This document shows positions 39,401-47,557 of a DNA stretch of 64,000 nt, piece by piece. Where the stretch lies: assembly GCA_041690135.1 (NCBI GenBank), contig JAWLHY010000001.1, positions 32,001 to 96,000 of the forward strand. Direction: 5' to 3'. Each line of letters begins with the position of its first letter. Position 1 is the stretch's first letter. The notes beneath the pieces are model-generated. The model was given only the letters and a program-made list of their open reading frames with translations. It did not search any database and was not told where the DNA came from. The position numbers and the translations under genes were made by a program. This DNA comes from Armatimonadota bacterium. Lineage in GTDB: Bacteria > Armatimonadota > SYMT01.

Positions 39401-40953
39401 TCGACGCGAACGGCGTCTACACCGCCCCCAATGCCGGAGGTCCCGTGGAGATCCAGGCAGCTTACACGCTGCCGGGGACTTCCACCACCTACACGGCGAG
39501 CGCGCAGGTCGAACTGGTCGGCTTCCCGCTGCCGGACACCACTCCCAGTGGACACGTGGTGGTGAGCTACCCGGGCGCGCAAAGCGACATCAGCGTCGTG
39601 GAATTCGGCCACGACAGCGGCACCCCGCCTCCGGGCCCACCCGCGGTCGCCGAATACCTGACCGATAACAAGCCCGGCGACCCCACGGTGCCGGGTACCG
39701 GGGGCATGTTCACGCGCACGTTCCCACTCCAGAACTTCCCGTCCGGGTCGCTCCCGCCGAAGCCGGGCGAGTACTGGTGGGTCCACGTGCGGAACACCGG
39801 CGCCGCGGACGCCGAGGTGCCCACCGCGTGGCTAGTTTACGAGGGGCGGAAGTACACCTCCGATAGCGCGGTCACCGTGCCCGCCGGCACCGACCGCTAC
39901 ATCTACATCAACCCGACCACCGAGCGGCCACTGCCCGAGGTGTACGCCTACGTGGAGATCTACCATCCAAGGCCGAGTGACCTGACGAAGATCATCGTGG
40001 GAACGCCGGAGAACGGAGAGCGCGGTGCCTGGACCTCCGCGGTCGAGACAGGAGCGTCCGCCACGTCGAACATGCTCACCCTCGGGTTCGACCTGACAGA
40101 TGCCCCGGAGGGCTCGCTCCCGCCGGACGCGGACAACTCCTGGTTCGTTCGGATCGAGGACAGTGTGAGCGGGGACGTGGGGGTGCTGCGGAAGTTCTAC
40201 ATCCGCTACAACGGGGCTTACTACCGGGCCCGTCACCTGCCGCAGGGCCTGCGCGACGGTTCGTCCGGAGGTCCGGGCGTGGGGATCGGCTGGATCGACT
40301 ACACCCCCCCGGCCGTACGGATCACGGAGCCTGCACACGCCAGCACCATTACCGGAGCGGTTACGCTCCGGGCCGAGGCGACCGATAACGCCTGGGTGGC
40401 CCGGGTGGAGTTCTCGGTGGACGACCGCCTGCTCGGGGTCGACACCGAAGCGCCCTATGAGCTTACCGGGGATACGTACTTCGAGACCAACACCTGGCAT
40501 CGCGTGGTGGCGCGCGCCTTCGACGCCTCGGGCAACTGGAACGAGCATTCGATCGACGTATACACCGGCAACGGCGGCACGCGACCCAACGTGGCGGTGA
40601 ACATGGGCAACTGGCACTTTGACCCCACCACGCGCGAGTTGACCGGCACGATCACCCTGCGCAACACCACAATCACCGGCACCCGGGCCTACAACACCAC
40701 GCTCCAGCGCGTAACGCTCTACGGAACGGGGCCATCGTTTACGGGAACGCGCAGGTTGTACATGCAGCCCGTGGTTCCGCCGCCGCTGCCGCTCCGCACG
40801 CCGGGGGCCAACCCGGGGGAGATCGCACCAGGAAACTTCGCGAGCTTCCAGCTCAAGGTAGTCGTGCCGCCGGAGATCACCGCCGTCCCGCGCTGGAGCG
40901 CCACCGGTTTCTATTCGGACGACCCGGTGGCGGGCAGCTACTATCATCTCTAA
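36496..40953 (+). CDS. Second, paralogous secreted S8 protease with an inserted domain
   Basis: ADTGLD, HGTHVAG, FSAGN and SGTSVAAAQVSG; same domain order and C-terminal domain as the upstream paralog. Start moved to ATG 36496. Confidence 0.9.
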   Translation: MRANWSRGFTTLILLVTLGLAWCGAPEAAPERMPLFLRATGAFDPAGTQPRVPADLSQAAVQSFSARATNRVAPPKGVGHWIVQFRGPVLEHWKEAVGESGGRLLQYLPQNAFIVRIANREVPKVRRLPYVRAVTPFHPAYALSPALPRPSRSRLKVNIRTFSPEDLSVVQLAARRMGGRITSVSAAGDGMLTADITSAAIRALARTFGIAWIEPLPAYRVHSSRANGTTRVDTARQQVSLYGTNQIVAVADTGLDQGPADAVGLGAYSQHLHPDFTSRILQVQDLNLRGGSDEVVWSDPNGHGTHVAGVLLGSGRVSGAEPAIQLYNSKLSGVVPEANLVLQSILDEDGNILGHPEVQDLYFMFQRAYDAGARVHNNSWGAENRLHQTQLGIAPQYAGQYFQASQAVDRFTWDHPDMVIVFSAGNGAEDRDGNGIMDYGHTRNSIEIPATAKNCIAVGATENSRPEVDVNYGQLMPFASLFTPIVEDRVANFVHGMAAFSARGYCADPVGNSEVARIKPDIVAPGTYVAGARTSVAFFDENFEGAQPGGLPQGWTRSGIAAVTNVDGHPTPGQSAGFGNPVSGYPVLERNGTETLGLPLHPDLDQASCLYVSYWTKYNLRSGDQVKLSYGSTILESSIVGTSDGAWVYRTDVIRPLQPSVDRITFNLIGGSTSQGTYYFLIDDVQVRPGIGNVLSNVDPGSLGTALNEAYQFASGTSVAAAQVSGAAAQVRQWYQEVMNHGQPSAALIKATLLTNAADLFNTADQGQYPSHPEQPSPRPNPVQGWGRLDVANAVLPGVDDPDRTVLFADVSPGLGTTEFDQYRITVSGGNRLSVGLVWTDPPASQASGVTLVNNLDLLVETLDGAKYRGNGVGGAGDDRNNVETVDVSEPGTRTYLVTVTGTNVPLGKQPYALVIGGRVRYAPESGLRISPSKAQCQFGRSYRFSAYFQGIPTTGVEWKVATDKGGFIDANGVYTAPNAGGPVEIQAAYTLPGTSTTYTASAQVELVGFPLPDTTPSGHVVVSYPGAQSDISVVEFGHDSGTPPPGPPAVAEYLTDNKPGDPTVPGTGGMFTRTFPLQNFPSGSLPPKPGEYWWVHVRNTGAADAEVPTAWLVYEGRKYTSDSAVTVPAGTDRYIYINPTTERPLPEVYAYVEIYHPRPSDLTKIIVGTPENGERGAWTSAVETGASATSNMLTLGFDLTDAPEGSLPPDADNSWFVRIEDSVSGDVGVLRKFYIRYNGAYYRARHLPQGLRDGSSGGPGVGIGWIDYTPPAVRITEPAHASTITGAVTLRAEATDNAWVARVEFSVDDRLLGVDTEAPYELTGDTYFETNTWHRVVARAFDASGNWNEHSIDVYTGNGGTRPNVAVNMGNWHFDPTTRELTGTITLRNTTITGTRAYNTTLQRVTLYGTGPSFTGTRRLYMQPVVPPPLPLRTPGANPGEIAPGNFASFQLKVVVPPEITAVPRWSATGFYSDDPVAGSYYHL

Positions 40954-41025
40954 CGGGAAGCACTCGCCAGGGGCCGCCGTGACCTCCCGGCACACCTTCG
41001 ACGCTACCGCGCCCGGTGGATGACC

Positions 41026-41034
41026 TGTTACAAT
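41026..41034 (+). promoter_or_regulatory. Candidate extended -10 promoter for the peptide gene
   Basis: TG-T-TACAAT about 130 bp upstream of ATG 41163; no clear -35. Confidence 0.3.
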
Positions 41035-41162
41035 CAGGCAGGACCTTGGGCTCCGACCCGGCAGGGCAGAACACCGGCGGATGTTTTGAACACTCCGCAG
41101 TGGAACGTGATGGGCAAGTACTTCGACACAAGCGGAAAGCGGTGCAAGCGGTGAGGGAACGC

Positions 41163-41453
41163 ATGGCCACGGAAATCCACAAGACCGGAGAGGAGCATCC
41201 CGAGCGACCTGATATTCCCGGAGAGAACGCCGGCAGGTGCGGAGGCCGCGCTCCTTATCAGGCGCCGTGCCTGCGCCGGCTAGGAAACATCGCGGATGTG
41301 ACGAAGGGAACCGGCACCGGTCCCGGCGTGCTGGTGGGCGGGTTCGGAGCCGGCCAGGAGAAAGAACAGATCCGCATCTACGGGGACTACTCGACCGACC
41401 AGGTTGGCTCCATCCTCAACGGCCCTCCGGAGAATCCTCCGGAGGGGCGGTAA
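41163..41453 (+). CDS. RiPP precursor-like peptide with a lasso-type leader (96 aa)
   Basis: GAGGG RBS. Residues 32-49, YQAPCLRRLGNIADVTKG, match the lasso leader consensus YxxPxLxxxGxxxxxT-x/G. Lies directly upstream of the kinase and nucleotidyltransferase. Confidence 0.75.
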   Translation: MATEIHKTGEEHPERPDIPGENAGRCGGRAPYQAPCLRRLGNIADVTKGTGTGPGVLVGGFGAGQEKEQIRIYGDYSTDQVGSILNGPPENPPEGR

Positions 41454-41481
41454 CGGTAAGAGCGGGATGTGGGCCGCCGGA

Positions 41482-42450
41482 ATGGATGCGACGACCTTCT
41501 TTGACGAGCGGCGGTTCCATGGCCTGCGGGTGCGGATAGCCGCCGATTCCCCGGCGCTGCGGTCCGCCCTTCTCCGGGAGTTTCCCCACGAGGACCTGCC
41601 TCAACCGCAGGGTCCGGAACGCGGAATGGTGGAGATCCGGGCCGAAGCGGAAGGCGCGGGGGAAGCTTTCCCGGAGCCCCCGGCGCCGCTCCAACCCGGA
41701 GCCGTCGGGCTGGCCTATCGGGTGACCCGGGACCGCCTCTGGCTCGAGACACGCACCGGATCCCGGGGCTGCTTCGACCTCCAACTTCGAACCGCGAGGC
41801 TCCGGATGGTCTCCACCGCCGACGTGGAAGCGGACACCGCCGCCCTCCTGGGTGTGGGGCTGCCCTACCTTTACCGCGAGTTGGGCCTGTACCCGGTACA
41901 CGCGTCTGCCGTCCTGGCAAACCGCACCCCGGTGCTGCTCGCCGGTGTCAGCGGCTCGGGAAAGTCGACCACCGCCGCGCTGCTCGCCCGGAGTGGCTTC
42001 GGTTTCTTCGCCGACGACCTGGTGCTGCTGGAGCCGACCGGAGACACGCTCACGCTGCGCGGGGTTCCGCGCCCTCCGCGGCTCGACGCAGCCGCTCGTC
42101 GACGGCTGGAGAGTCTTGCAACCGGCCCTGCACCCGCCTCCGCCCGGAGCGAGCCGGAGACGTTCGCCGCCCGGCCCCCGGTCCTGCTGCTCTTCCCCCA
42201 GGTAGAACACATTCGCGACACCCGTCTGGAGCTCCTCACCGGTCCCGAGGCAGTCGGCGCGCTGATCCGCTGCTCGCTCCTGATGGGCGAGAAGGAGGCC
42301 ACTCAAAAGCATCTCTCGGCGCTGGCGGCCCTCGCCACGGAGGCTTCCGCGTACCGCCTGCGGTTGGGAGAAGGGGTAGAGGCCCTTCCGGGCCAATTAC
42401 GCAACCTCTTGGCTGCCGCGTCAGCTTCCGAAAGTGGGCGAGTGATCTAG
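41482..42450 (+). CDS. HPr kinase-related P-loop kinase (peptide-modifying type)
   Basis: YPVHASAV (His), Walker A GVSGSGKST and FFADDLVLL; alternative start at 41467. Confidence 0.82.
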   Translation: MDATTFFDERRFHGLRVRIAADSPALRSALLREFPHEDLPQPQGPERGMVEIRAEAEGAGEAFPEPPAPLQPGAVGLAYRVTRDRLWLETRTGSRGCFDLQLRTARLRMVSTADVEADTAALLGVGLPYLYRELGLYPVHASAVLANRTPVLLAGVSGSGKSTTAALLARSGFGFFADDLVLLEPTGDTLTLRGVPRPPRLDAAARRRLESLATGPAPASARSEPETFAARPPVLLLFPQVEHIRDTRLELLTGPEAVGALIRCSLLMGEKEATQKHLSALAALATEASAYRLRLGEGVEALPGQLRNLLAAASASESGRVI

Positions 42451-42453
42451 GAG

Positions 42454-43623
42454 ATGAGAGAGCGTTCGCTCGAAATCGAGCTCCTCGCGCTGACGGATGC
42501 ATTGGGGGGCGGTGAAACGAAGCATGCCGCGGTGTGTGACTTCAGCTTGGCGGAGTGGCAAGGGTGGTACCACCGCGTGGAAGAGCATGGCCTGGCGCCT
42601 GGACTGTACCGCTTGTTGGAGAGACCTCGATGGAGCGGCCTCCCCGCCGAACAGCGGGCCGAATGCCGGGCGCGCTACCTGGAGCAAACGGCTCGTACCC
42701 TGGGAGCCCGTCGGCAGTGCACAGAAATTCGCGAGTGCCTGGAGAACGCTTCCATTCCCGTCCTCCCACTCAAGGCACTGGCATTTTCCGGCACGCTTTA
42801 CGATGATCCCGGCTTGCGGCAATTCGGAGACCTGGACCTCCTGATTCCGGAAGAGGCTGCCGGGGAGGCCGAGGCCCGGCTGCATGCGCTTGGGTATCGC
42901 CCGCTGGCGGCCTTTACTTCCCGGGAAGAGGCGGCGCTCCACGCCCGGTTCGCGCACCTCTGCCCGCTCGCTCGCCCGGGAGGTCTACCGGTGGAGTTGC
43001 ACACGCACCTGCTGAAGGACCGCGGCGACGACCGGATGGCGGTACGGGACACCTGGGATCACGCCGGCATCGACGCCGCGGGAACCCGCCGGATGCGACC
43101 GGAGCACGAATTCGTGTATGCCGCCGCCCATTACGCGGGCCATCTGCACCTGGGCGGCGCACGGTTGAAGTGGGCGGCGGACCTGCTCCGGATGGCCCGG
43201 TATGAAGAAGCCCTCGATTGGGAGCCGGTACGGGGGACGGCGGAACGCTGGAGACTCACGCCGTACCTGGCCCCGGTGATGCATGCCCTGCGAGATCACT
43301 GGAACCTGCCGGTGGGGAAGTGGCCCTCGGCCGGCGGGGTGCTGGGATCGGAACAGCTCACCGCCAGCCCCCAACATTCGGCCTCGCGACTAGCCCCCTC
43401 AGCCCTGGCTCGCTTGCGGCAAGTACGAGAACTGCCGGGATGGGGCCGTCGCGCGCGCTATTTCTGGCACCTCGCCTTCCCCGAGGCCGAACATTTGCGC
43501 TTCCGTTACTCGCTGCCCGCGGGAGCGCCCGTAACGGGAGTGCGCCTGCTCCACCCCCTGCGCCAGGCGAGCCGGTTCGTCCGCGGTTGGGTGGGCTCCC
43601 ACAAGGAAGGGTCCGCCAGGTGA
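42454..43623 (+). CDS. Nucleotidyltransferase family protein (NTP_transf_5-like)
   Basis: VLPLKALAF...LYDDPGLRQFGDLDLLI, VELH and LKWAADL motifs; 3 bp after the kinase stop. Confidence 0.85.
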   Translation: MRERSLEIELLALTDALGGGETKHAAVCDFSLAEWQGWYHRVEEHGLAPGLYRLLERPRWSGLPAEQRAECRARYLEQTARTLGARRQCTEIRECLENASIPVLPLKALAFSGTLYDDPGLRQFGDLDLLIPEEAAGEAEARLHALGYRPLAAFTSREEAALHARFAHLCPLARPGGLPVELHTHLLKDRGDDRMAVRDTWDHAGIDAAGTRRMRPEHEFVYAAAHYAGHLHLGGARLKWAADLLRMARYEEALDWEPVRGTAERWRLTPYLAPVMHALRDHWNLPVGKWPSAGGVLGSEQLTASPQHSASRLAPSALARLRQVRELPGWGRRARYFWHLAFPEAEHLRFRYSLPAGAPVTGVRLLHPLRQASRFVRGWVGSHKEGSAR

Positions 43624-43714
43624 TCTCGACAACCGAACTTCATCAGGCTACTATTCATGGTAGCCGGCAACCGGCCGTTCCGAACCGGAGCGAGCCCTCG
43701 ACCGGGAGTTTCTT

Positions 43715-45526
43715 ATGACGGCAACGCTCCGGAATCTCCGCCCCCACCTGCCCCTGCTGATCGCCGCGCCAATCCTGCTGGCGCCGGTGCTTTTCGTACC
43801 GCAAGAGGGGCCATGGCAGGGGCTGCGCTGGTTCCTGGCGCAGGCGGTAGGGCTCGTCTTCCTCGTGTACCTGGCCGCCCGCGCGAGAGGTTCCGTCCAG
43901 GAAGCACGTTCTTTCTTCCTCACCGGGCCCAACCTGCCGATCCTGCTGCTGCTGGCCTGGGCGGGTGCTTCCTTTCTCACCTCCGCGCCCGCCGCGGGAC
44001 GGGGACGCGAGATGGCCCTGGTGGAACTCCTGCGCCTGGGTACGGGGGCGATCCTTTACTTCGCGGTCGCCTACGGAAACTCCCGGCGCAGCGCTTTGAA
44101 CGCCTGGACCCATCTGCTGTTGGGCTGCGCGGTCCTGGCCGCCCTGGCGGGGCTCGTCACCAGCACCCAGCAAGAAATCGGATGGGCGACCGGGGCGTAC
44201 GCCAACCCCCAACTCCTGGCGGGATTCCTCGTGCTGCTGCTTCCCTTCGCCGGGGTGTACGCCCTTCAGGGCCGGATGGACCTGCGCCGCCTCCTGGCGA
44301 CCGTCGCTCTCGTGTTCGTGGTGGGAGCGCTGCTGGTCACCCGGAACCGGAGCGCCTGGCTGGGATCCCTGACGGGGCTCATCCTCCTTGGCGGCCTCTG
44401 GCTGCGGTCCGTCTCCCTGGCCGAGCTGGCCCGCCAGCGGCACCGGTGGATGATGCCCCTCATCATCGCAGCCGTGGGAGGCGGGTTGTTCCTGACGTTT
44501 AAGCCAGATACCGGCACCCTGGTCGAAGCCCGCGCCGCCACGCTGCTCGCGCCGGGACAGGAACCGTCGTTCCAGTGGCGCCTGCGCATGTGGGCGGCCG
44601 GCTGGGACATGGTGACCGCCCGGCCGCTGACCGGCTGGGGCGTGGGCTCGTTCCCGCGATTGGTGGGGGACTTCCTGCCGGAGGCACCCGCGACGGTGCA
44701 GGTGGAAGAGGCCGGCCCTTCGCTGGCCAGCGTTCCCCACAACGAGTATGTCCAACTGGCCGCCGAGTTGGGCGTACCGGGCCTATTGCTTTATCTCGCC
44801 CTGTTCCTCGCCTTCTTCCGGCTGGGACTCCGGTTCACCCGCACCGCCGAGAGTGAGACGCGAAAGTGGCTCGCCATCGCCTGCATGGGAGCTGTGGCCG
44901 CGCAGAGCATCGATGCGCTGGGCAACCCAGCCTGGCGGTTTGGGGACGTGGCCCCCTTGTTCTGGCTGGTGCTCGGCCTCGGCGTGGCGGCTACCCGAGC
45001 CCAGCAGGCGGGAGAAGCGAGCCCCATCGCCGAGCCGGGCGAGACGACGGGGCTCGCACCCCGCACCCCCATCTGGCGCTGGAGCTGGCAGGCGGCCTCC
45101 CTGGTCTGCGCCGTCGGCCTGGGCGCCTCCGCGTTCGGCGCCACCGTCGGCGGCCAACCGGGCATCCTCCGCGGGTACTACGACCCACGCGCGACGCCCG
45201 ACCTGGTTCTCAGCCGCACCACCCTCAGCTTCGGAACCGTCCGGGTAACGGGGCGGCGACGCCCGCCCGTCGCCGTGAAGACGCTCCGGATCACGTCCGG
45301 TGGCGAGCGCGGCGGCCTGATCCTCGGCCACCTGACCCTGGCTCCCGGATCTCCCTTCGAGCTGATCGGCGGCAACGACTTCCGCCTGGTGAAGCCCCGC
45401 TCCCAGAACTTCCGGTTCCGCTTCCGTCCCACCCAGCCGGGCACCTACTCGGTTCCCGTGGTCGTGACGTGCAACGATCCGGAAACGCCGGAGGTGGTGG
45501 TGACCCTGGTGGGGACAGCGTTGTGA
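43715..45526 (+). CDS. O-antigen ligase / Wzy_C family membrane protein with a C-terminal Ig-like (ASH/choice-of-anchor D-like) domain
   Basis: More than 10 TMs; YANPQLLAG, TRNRSAWLG, RLRMW...RPLTGWGVGSF and HNEYVQLAAELGVPGL motifs; C-terminal LSFGTV...FRPTQPGTYS...NDPETPEVVVTLVG. Confidence 0.85.
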   Translation: MTATLRNLRPHLPLLIAAPILLAPVLFVPQEGPWQGLRWFLAQAVGLVFLVYLAARARGSVQEARSFFLTGPNLPILLLLAWAGASFLTSAPAAGRGREMALVELLRLGTGAILYFAVAYGNSRRSALNAWTHLLLGCAVLAALAGLVTSTQQEIGWATGAYANPQLLAGFLVLLLPFAGVYALQGRMDLRRLLATVALVFVVGALLVTRNRSAWLGSLTGLILLGGLWLRSVSLAELARQRHRWMMPLIIAAVGGGLFLTFKPDTGTLVEARAATLLAPGQEPSFQWRLRMWAAGWDMVTARPLTGWGVGSFPRLVGDFLPEAPATVQVEEAGPSLASVPHNEYVQLAAELGVPGLLLYLALFLAFFRLGLRFTRTAESETRKWLAIACMGAVAAQSIDALGNPAWRFGDVAPLFWLVLGLGVAATRAQQAGEASPIAEPGETTGLAPRTPIWRWSWQAASLVCAVGLGASAFGATVGGQPGILRGYYDPRATPDLVLSRTTLSFGTVRVTGRRRPPVAVKTLRITSGGERGGLILGHLTLAPGSPFELIGGNDFRLVKPRSQNFRFRFRPTQPGTYSVPVVVTCNDPETPEVVVTLVGTAL

Positions 45527-45539
45527 TGCGTGAAGCGTT

Positions 45540-45584
45540 AGGCTTACGTGCGAGGCGGCTGCGGGGGCAGGGGGTTCGCCTCGG
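45540..45584 (+). repeat. 45-bp palindromic repeat (copy A)
   Basis: AGGCTTACGTGCGAGGCGGCTGCGGGGGCAGGGGGTTCGCCTCGG, related to three copies at 47558-47750. Confidence 0.8.
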
Positions 45585-45795
45585 ACATGGGTGCGTAGTG
45601 CGTAAAGCGTGTTGCGTAAGAGACTTGCAGTAGCCGGGTTGCCGGCCACTGCACCGAACTCGAGCCCAGGTGTGGCGTTTGATGTGCGGGAGGTAGGGCA
45701 GGCTCGCCGTTGTGTCCCTCGCACCGAACCCGTACCCGTATTGCCGTGTGGGACCCGTGGTTAACGGCCTGTGCTCTGCCCTTGTACCCGCAGAT

Positions 45796-45820
45796 GTAGG
45801 GCGGGATCTCCGTTCCCGCC
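45796..45820 (+). repeat. GTAG-type REP-like palindrome
   Basis: GTAG-GGCGGGA-tctccgt-TCCCGCC; similar elements at 45693 and 48014-48039. Confidence 0.5.
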
Positions 45821-45998
45821 GGGCCATGGACAATTACCCGTCGTGCCATGTGGGACTCGACATCTATGTTGGTCTACGAACCAAGACAGGCGAACCGCCC
45901 GGACCTTATTGGGCCACGCTCTTGTTTGTTTCCCGACATCGGGTGCCGAGCAGATATGATTGTAGGACGAACGGCGCCTGTCTCCGACGTCAATCTTG

Positions 45999-46072
45999 TT
46001 CTTCCGCGTGTTTCCGTGTGTTCCCATACGGGCAAGCTCGCGGGCCTATTCGGTTCCCCGATTCCGCCGTCC
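45999..46072 (+). repeat. Long form of the dispersed ~70-bp repeat (copy 2)
   Basis: TTCCGCGTGTTTCCGTGTGTTCCCATACGGGCAAGCTCGCGGGC...CGGTTCCCCG. Confidence 0.8.
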
Positions 46073-46082
46073 TGGGCTTCAA

Positions 46083-47531
46083 ATGATTACGCCCTCCCTT
46101 CCCGAACCCTTTCTCACGGCACCCGGAAATCCAGAGACGGCGGACCTGCCGGAAAAGAAGGTCTCCTTCTGGGAACTGGCGGGACCGGGCGCGATCCTGG
46201 TGGGCCTCTCCATCGGGGCCGGCGAGATCATGCTCTGGCCGTACCTGATCGACCGGTTCGGGCCGGGGATCGCCTGGGCCGCGGGGTTGGGGGTCTTCCT
46301 CCAGTTGTGGGTGAACCTGGAGATCGCGCGTTACACCGTCGCCACCGGGGAGACCGTGTACACCGCGCTGGGCCGGGTGACCCGCTGGTTCGGGCCGGTG
46401 TTCATCCTGTTCAACGTGTTCGGCTGGATCGCCCCGGCCTGGGCCATGGCCTCGGGACTGGCGCTGAAGACGCTGCTGGTGGGGCCGGACGGGTGGGGGA
46501 GCGGAGCCACCTGGACCGCTATCACCTTCGCCCTGGTGGCCCTGGCCTTGTTCGGCCCCAGGGTCGTCTACTCCGGCGTTGAGAAGAGTGTGAGCTTCCT
46601 GGTAGGGGTGGTATCCCTGGGCCTGCTGGCCGTAGCGCTGGCGGTAGGCCGAGGTGAGGACTGGTCCGCCGTGGGCCGGGGACTGGTGAGCTTCGGCCAC
46701 GTGCCCGCCGACCTCGACATCAAGACCCTCTTCATCGCCATCTCAGCGGCCGGGGCGGCGGGCACCGCCAACCTTTTCTACGGCTTCTACCTGCGCGACA
46801 AGCACATCGGCATGGGCGCGCGCCTCCCGGAGATGCGCAACCCGCTGCGCGACCGGGTGGAGAAAGAGCCTACCACCGGCTACCTCTACCCGGAAACGCC
46901 GGAGAACGCCCACCGTTTCCGGGCGTGGTTCCGCCACGTCGCCACGGACCAGGGCCTCTTCTTCTGGGGCCTCAACTCGTTCACGATCATCCTCTTCATC
47001 TTCGTGGCCACGGCGATCCTGCGGGACACGCCGGAGGTGATGAAGCAGGGGCAGGTGATCGGCGCGCAGGCGGCGGCTCTCGGTTCCGCCCTGCCTGGAA
47101 TGTTCGGGCCGTTCTTCCGCGTATTGTTTCTACTGGTGGGCTTCGCCACGCTGTTCAGCACCCAGATCGCGCTGGTGGACGGCGTGTCGCGGTCGATCTC
47201 CGAGATCCTGTACGTGCAGTTCCCGCAGGCACGCGGATGGGAGCACTCTCGCTGGTACCTGGCGATTGCGATCACCTGGATGTTCTGCAGCGCCGGACTG
47301 GCGGCATTCCTGGAGGCGCGGGGGATCACCGAGATGGGCTTCCTGTTCAATGCCGCCTACGTGGGCGGCATCTGCATGGCCGTGTACACACCAGTGCTGC
47401 TGTGGGTGAACCACCGTCGGCTGCCGCCCTCGGCCCGACCGGGTCGGCTGTGCACCGTAATGACCACCCTGGCCGCGCTGTTCTACGTGACCTTTGCCAT
47501 CGGCAGCATTTGGTGGGAGATTTCTGGATAG
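46083..47531 (+). CDS. Nramp/APC-superfamily-like membrane transporter
   Basis: GPGAILVGLSIGAGE and EIARYTVATGE motifs, about 11 TMs. Start moved to ATG 46083 because the upstream part is a repeat. Confidence 0.78.
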   Translation: MITPSLPEPFLTAPGNPETADLPEKKVSFWELAGPGAILVGLSIGAGEIMLWPYLIDRFGPGIAWAAGLGVFLQLWVNLEIARYTVATGETVYTALGRVTRWFGPVFILFNVFGWIAPAWAMASGLALKTLLVGPDGWGSGATWTAITFALVALALFGPRVVYSGVEKSVSFLVGVVSLGLLAVALAVGRGEDWSAVGRGLVSFGHVPADLDIKTLFIAISAAGAAGTANLFYGFYLRDKHIGMGARLPEMRNPLRDRVEKEPTTGYLYPETPENAHRFRAWFRHVATDQGLFFWGLNSFTIILFIFVATAILRDTPEVMKQGQVIGAQAAALGSALPGMFGPFFRVLFLLVGFATLFSTQIALVDGVSRSISEILYVQFPQARGWEHSRWYLAIAITWMFCSAGLAAFLEARGITEMGFLFNAAYVGGICMAVYTPVLLWVNHRRLPPSARPGRLCTVMTTLAALFYVTFAIGSIWWEISG

Positions 47532-47557
47532 AGCGTGTTGCGTATTGCGTATCGAGT

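Noticed and set aside
41163-43623. Canonical lasso peptide gene cluster
   Set aside because: There is no Asp/Glu at core positions 7-9, and no asparagine-synthetase-like cyclase, B2 protease or RRE gene in the window.
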